Positions 15,820-19,997 of a DNA stretch of 19,997 nt are shown here, piece after piece. Both the position numbers and the translations under genes were made by a program. Where the stretch lies: positions 1 through 19,997 of the forward strand of contig JBHGBC010000109.1 of NCBI GenBank assembly GCA_041946805.1, given 5' to 3'. The notes beneath the pieces were generated by a model, which had not been told where the DNA came from, made no database searches, and saw only the letters and a program-made list of their open reading frames with translations. The first letter of the stretch is position 1. Each line of letters starts with the position of its first letter. The stretch is from a bacterium (GTDB taxonomy: Bacteria; Hinthialibacterota; Hinthialibacteria; Hinthialibacterales; Hinthialibacteraceae).

Positions 15820-16392
15820 ATGCGGCGGATGATTCTGGCTTGGCTGTTCATGGTAGCGCTGGGCGCGGGGGCGTGGGCGGACATGCGCTACGAAGTGATC
15901 GATCTGCAGAAACGCGCGGTGCGCCTGACGTACGAAATCGAGGATGACAAGGCGGGCAACCAGGTGTTTTATTTTCCCACCGGCGGTTTCATCCATGACG
16001 CCAGCATGGGCGTGCTCGAAGTGGAATCGGTCTTCGATTTGACCGCCAAGCAAGAACAGCCCTACGAGATGACGCGAGATAAGGAAACGGGAGCGCCCCA
16101 GATCAAAATCTCCTACTCCACGGCCATCCCCAAGGGAAGCAAAAAACGGCTGCAAATCGCCGTGAAGGTCAACCTGCCCGAATCCTTGCTGAGCTACGAC
16201 AGCCAGGGACGTTATCAATTCACGTACGAAACCAGCCACGCCTTCGAGTTCATCATCCCTCGGAATCATTGTGTCGTGTACACCAGCCATCCCGTTTTCA
16301 TTTTCGAAAAGGGGGACAAGGTATTCCTCCAACAGATGGACAAAATCTCACGAAAACTGGTGTTTCAAACGCGGCCTCTGCGGACCCCGTAA
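15820..16392 (+). CDS. Secreted hypothetical beta-rich protein
   Basis: 190 aa. Signal peptide MRRMILAWLFMVALGAGAWA. AAAGGA SD. 6 bp upstream of the GT-C gene. Confidence 0.82.
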   Translation: MRRMILAWLFMVALGAGAWADMRYEVIDLQKRAVRLTYEIEDDKAGNQVFYFPTGGFIHDASMGVLEVESVFDLTAKQEQPYEMTRDKETGAPQIKISYSTAIPKGSKKRLQIAVKVNLPESLLSYDSQGRYQFTYETSHAFEFIIPRNHCVVYTSHPVFIFEKGDKVFLQQMDKISRKLVFQTRPLRTP

Positions 16393-16398
16393 TTCCGG

Positions 16399-17742
16399 AT
16401 GAAGATGAACCAACCGGCGCGTTGGCTTCTCGTGTTCCTGATCGCGTTCGGCTTCCGCGCCGGCGGGGTGGGCACGATTCCCGAAATCCGGATCTCGTCC
16501 GATTCCGATGAATATTTAGCCCTGGCCGATTCCTTGCGGACGGACGGTTCCTTCTCACGGGATGGCCGGCCGGAAACCTTCCGGACGCCGGGGTATCCCT
16601 TTTTTCTCTTCCTCTTGCGATCCATTGAGATTGATTCGCCCCGGAGCATCGCGCTGGCGCAGGCGGTCTTATCCGCGCTGGGCGTGATGCTGACCTTCGC
16701 GGCGGCGGACCGGATGTTCGGCGGCCCGGCGGCCTGGACGGCGGCCGCGTTGCTTGGGATGAATCCCACGGAATGGTTCTCGGCCGCCTCCCTGCTCAGT
16801 GAAAACCTGTTCGCTTTCTTGTTGTCCTTTCTGGTATGGATCGTGGTCTGGGGCAACGGCAAACGATGGAAGACTACCGCCTTCTTGAGTGGTTTGCTCA
16901 CTGGAGCGGCCTGTCTGGTTCGTCCGGTGGTGGCCTGGCTCTTTGTGCCAATGGCCTTGCTGTTCGGGCTGGGAGCGAAAGGCTTCCGGGAGCGCCTGGC
17001 GGTGGGGCTTTTATGCCTGGCGGGCGGGATGCTGTTCCAGGCGGGATGGATGGGGCGGAATTACGAGCGGTATGGATCGTTCTACTTGACCGAGATCCCG
17101 GCGGCGGCATTGTACGTGTACTGGGCGCAATCGGCCCGCGCCTGGGACACGGGCGAATCGGAGGAAGCATTGCAACAACAAGCCTGGAACGAATGGGACG
17201 ACGCCCGCGGGCGGTTCGGCCCCCTTGAAATGTATAATGAGTTTTCCCACAAGGCGCGGCAAGTCTTGGCGCAACATGGCGCCGCGCTAGGTCCCGTGTG
17301 GGCGCGGGGGATGGTCCGGCAAGTGGTGGATTCGTCCGCCATGAAGCTGATCGAGCGCTACCGTCCGGATTGGCCCCTCGAAGCCGGCCGGCAACGGGCG
17401 GCCCTCCGGCATCCGGAATCCCTCTCCCAATTCGTTTTGGCCATGGGACTGGGAACGATACGGGCTTTTGAATTGGCGCTGACCCTGTTGTTGTATCTCG
17501 GAGGTCTGGTTTCCCTGTGGCGGTGGTGGAGAAACCGGCCGGAGCGTTTTAACGGGAACCTCGGCGCGGGGATCGCCGGCCTGCTCGTGGTGGCTTTGGT
17601 GTTGGTTTCCGCCAGCCCGGCGGCCAATCAGCGGTTCCGGGCCCAATACCTCCCCCTGCTGGTGCTTCTGGCATCTCCAGTGTTGGTGGACTGGGCGCGG
17701 TGCCTGGCTCGGCGGTTTCATCGTTCCGGATCAGGGAGATAA
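16399..17742 (+). CDS. GT-C fold integral membrane glycosyltransferase (ArnT/PMT_2-like)
   Basis: About 10 or more TM segments. First external loop DSDEY..LA, RTPGYP, LLSENL, LVRP, RNY, and a C-terminal RFR..YLP. The start could be 16405. Confidence 0.82.
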   Translation: MKMNQPARWLLVFLIAFGFRAGGVGTIPEIRISSDSDEYLALADSLRTDGSFSRDGRPETFRTPGYPFFLFLLRSIEIDSPRSIALAQAVLSALGVMLTFAAADRMFGGPAAWTAAALLGMNPTEWFSAASLLSENLFAFLLSFLVWIVVWGNGKRWKTTAFLSGLLTGAACLVRPVVAWLFVPMALLFGLGAKGFRERLAVGLLCLAGGMLFQAGWMGRNYERYGSFYLTEIPAAALYVYWAQSARAWDTGESEEALQQQAWNEWDDARGRFGPLEMYNEFSHKARQVLAQHGAALGPVWARGMVRQVVDSSAMKLIERYRPDWPLEAGRQRAALRHPESLSQFVLAMGLGTIRAFELALTLLLYLGGLVSLWRWWRNRPERFNGNLGAGIAGLLVVALVLVSASPAANQRFRAQYLPLLVLLASPVLVDWARCLARRFHRSGSGR

Positions 17743-17838
17743 AGGGTACAATTATGGAACACAGGAGAGGGCGAACCTCCAGTGTGCCGCCTTTATTTCA
17801 TAGACATGGGGGAAGCAATTGACTTTGAGGAATCAATT

Positions 17839-17870
17839 CCCTCTCCCTCTGGGAGAGGTTAGGGTGAGGG
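17839..17870 (-). repeat. Intrastrand triplex motif (BoxC/PIT-like) copy 4
   Basis: CCCTCTCCCTCTGGGAGAGGTTAGGGTGAGGG, flanked by AATT on both sides. Confidence 0.9.
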
Positions 17871-17877
17871 AATTTAT

Positions 17878-17903
17878 GTAGGGGCGGACCTTGGTGTCCG
17901 CCC
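17878..17903 (+). repeat. GTAG-type REP
   Basis: GTAG-GGGCGGAC-CTTGGT-GTCCGCCC: GTAG tetranucleotide plus a perfect 8-bp stem. Confidence 0.8.
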
Positions 17904-17952
17904 GGATCATCTTGCCGGATGAACCGAATTTATTCCTGGGAGTCCTGATTCG

Positions 17953-19821
17953 ATGTATGACGTAATCGTGGTCGGCGGGGGGCATGCCGGATGCGAGGCG
18001 GCGGCCGCGGCGGCGCGCATGGGCTGCCGCACGGCGCTTTTGACATTCGACGTCGACGCGCTGGCGAAGATGTCCTGCAATCCCGCCGTGGGCGGTGTGG
18101 CCAAGGGCCAGTTGGTCCGGGAAATCGACGCCCTGGGGGGGATCATGGCCTGGGTGACGGACCGGGCGGGAATCCAATTCCGCACCCTGAACGCCTCGAA
18201 AGGACCGGCGGTGCAATCGCCCCGCGCGCAGGCGGACCGGGAACTCTACCCCCGCGTCATGAAAGAAATCCTGGAAACCATTGCGAATCTTGATCTGCTG
18301 GAAGGCGAAGGATCGCGTTTGCTGGTGAAGGACGGAGAAATAGCCGGCGTGAGCGGCCGCGCGGGGAACCAACTTCGGGGCCGGACGGTCATCCTGACGC
18401 CGGGCACCTTCCTGGGCGGCCTGATGCACTTCGGGATGAAAGAAACCGCGGGCGGGCGGATCGGAGAAAGCCCCTCCATCGTCCTGGCGGAAAATCTGAA
18501 AGAACTGGGTTTCGATCTAGGACGATTGAAGACCGGCACCCCCGCGCGCCTGCGCCGCAAGAGCATCGACTATTCCTCCCTGGAAATCCAACACGGCGAT
18601 GAGCCTCCCTTGCCCTTCTCGTTTCATCCCCATGTGAAGGTCGAAAATAAGGTCTGTTGCCATCTCACCCGCACCAACGAGAAGACACACGAAGTGATCC
18701 GGCGCAACCTGGACCGCTCACCGCTCTACTCCGGCAAGATCACCGGCGTGGGCCCGCGCTATTGCCCTTCCATCGAAGACAAAATCCATAAATTCCCCGA
18801 CAAAACCTCGCACCAGGTGTTCCTCGAGCCGGAGGGCGTGGAGAGCGATGTCGTCTATCCCAACGGAATCTCCACCAGCCTCCCCGAAGATGTGCAGCTT
18901 GAATACATCCGCACCATCCCCGGACTGGAGCGGGCGGAAATCCTGAAACCGGGCTACGCGGTCGAGTATTTCTTCTCCAATCCCCAGGACCTGCATCCCT
19001 GGCTGGAAAGCAAACGCCTGCCCGGGCTGTTCATGGCCGGGCAGATCAATGGAACCTCCGGCTACGAGGAAGCGGCGGCCCAGGGGCTGCTGGCGGGCAT
19101 CAACGCCGCGCTGAAGATCCGGGGTGATGAGCCGCTGGTCCTCGGGCGCGAGGAAGCCTATATCGGGGTGATGATTGACGATCTGGTAACCAAGGGCGCC
19201 CGGGAACCGTACCGGTTGTTCACCTCGTCGGCCGAGTATCGCCTGTTGCTGCGGCAGGACAACGCTGACTTCCGCCTTTCGGGCATTGGGTACAGGCTGG
19301 GTCTTATCCCCCGCGCTTGGTACGAAGAAATCGAAGGCTGGAAGCGGGACATCCAATGCCTGAAATCGGACCTGGAAAAACACACGGTCGTCCCCTCCGA
19401 GGAAATCCGCCGCCGTTTTGCCGAATTGGATCTGGGTGAAATTTCTCACCCGGTTCCTCTCTTGCACGTTCTGCGACGGGCCAATATGAAAGCGCATTTA
19501 CTTGACAGGTTTGGAGTGGATACCACGGCCTTTCATCCCCGGGTGTGGGAGCAGTTGGAGATCGAGACGAAATACCAGGGATACGTGGACCGGCAACTCA
19601 AGGAGATCGAAGAGGACAAAAAAACGGAACGGCGGTTGATCCCGCCGGATCTCGATTACTCCTTGCTTTCCGGCTTGCGGCGGGAGGCGCGGGAGAAATT
19701 CGAGCGCGTGCGCCCGGCAACCATCGGACAGGCCTCGCGGATTCCAGGAATCTTCCCGGCGGATATCACGGTCTTGTGGATCAGCATCCTCAAGCGGGAA
19801 CGGAAAATGAGCGCGGCGTGA
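17953..19821 (+). CDS. mnmG: tRNA uridine-5-carboxymethylaminomethyl(34) synthesis enzyme MnmG (GidA)
   Basis: [91 protein letters not shown]. 622 aa, full length. Confidence 0.98.
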   Translation: MYDVIVVGGGHAGCEAAAAAARMGCRTALLTFDVDALAKMSCNPAVGGVAKGQLVREIDALGGIMAWVTDRAGIQFRTLNASKGPAVQSPRAQADRELYPRVMKEILETIANLDLLEGEGSRLLVKDGEIAGVSGRAGNQLRGRTVILTPGTFLGGLMHFGMKETAGGRIGESPSIVLAENLKELGFDLGRLKTGTPARLRRKSIDYSSLEIQHGDEPPLPFSFHPHVKVENKVCCHLTRTNEKTHEVIRRNLDRSPLYSGKITGVGPRYCPSIEDKIHKFPDKTSHQVFLEPEGVESDVVYPNGISTSLPEDVQLEYIRTIPGLERAEILKPGYAVEYFFSNPQDLHPWLESKRLPGLFMAGQINGTSGYEEAAAQGLLAGINAALKIRGDEPLVLGREEAYIGVMIDDLVTKGAREPYRLFTSSAEYRLLLRQDNADFRLSGIGYRLGLIPRAWYEEIEGWKRDIQCLKSDLEKHTVVPSEEIRRRFAELDLGEISHPVPLLHVLRRANMKAHLLDRFGVDTTAFHPRVWEQLEIETKYQGYVDRQLKEIEEDKKTERRLIPPDLDYSLLSGLRREAREKFERVRPATIGQASRIPGIFPADITVLWISILKRERKMSAA

Positions 19822-19943
19822 GGAGAGACCATTTACCTGAATTGAGATGGACTGAATATTTGGTTCATCCGATAAGTGTGTACATTTTTCTGGGAACGTG
19901 ACCGGTCATCGATTAGTCGGGTTGGAGAGAGCTACCCTAAATC

Positions 19944-19976
19944 CCCTCTCCCTCTGGGAGAGGGCCAGGGTGAGGG
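19944..19976 (-). repeat. Intrastrand triplex motif (BoxC/PIT-like) copy 5, consensus
   Basis: CCCTCTCCCTCTGGGAGAGGGCCAGGGTGAGGG. Confidence 0.92.
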
Positions 19977-19997
19977 AAAGCCTTTCCTCGGCGCCGA

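Noticed and set aside
15615..15884. 90-aa N-terminal extension of the aminotransferase in the ORF track
   Set aside because: It overlaps the divergent gene at 15820. The family-typical start and an AAGGAG SD are at 15614.
17765..17792. GAGAGGGCGAACCTCCAGTGTGCCGCC, a possible decayed copy of the 17878 REP
   Set aside because: No GTAG head and a broken stem. Suggestive only.

Overview
Bacterial chromosomal window with GC-rich coding regions and AT-richer spacers. It holds 13 supportable protein genes: a truncated membrane-anchored hypothetical (minus strand, absent from the ORF track), a secreted DUF4838-type protein, a small membrane protein, two tandem secreted TIM-barrel glycosidase-like paralogues behind a Gfo/Idh/MocA oxidoreductase, a URO-D/MtaA-like enzyme, a stand-alone secreted lectin-like protein, a DUF4091/GH123-like protein, a GlmU-like nucleotidyl/acyltransferase, a DegT-family aminotransferase, a secreted hypothetical with a GT-C glycosyltransferase, and mnmG (gidA). 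The theme is carbohydrate and amino-sugar chemistry. The spacers are crowded with several families of short palindromic repeats: five triplex/G4-forming BoxC/PIT-type elements, GTAG-type REPs (one with a stuttered 17-bp arm), a dRS3-like element and a 177-bp nested REPIN-like palindrome. Best leads: (i) an identical non-canonical promoter ATTGAC-N15-ATGAGAGAATGAG before two unrelated genes 10 kb apart; (ii) a possible C-terminal Trp/aromatic sorting tail on the secreted lectin-like protein; (iii) glycosidase paralogues with Gln where a clan GH-A nucleophile would be expected; (iv) a DegT + altered GlmU-like pair divergent from a GT-C operon. I saw no rRNA, tRNA, CRISPR array or transposase. 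All family calls are motif recognition by eye, not database searches.
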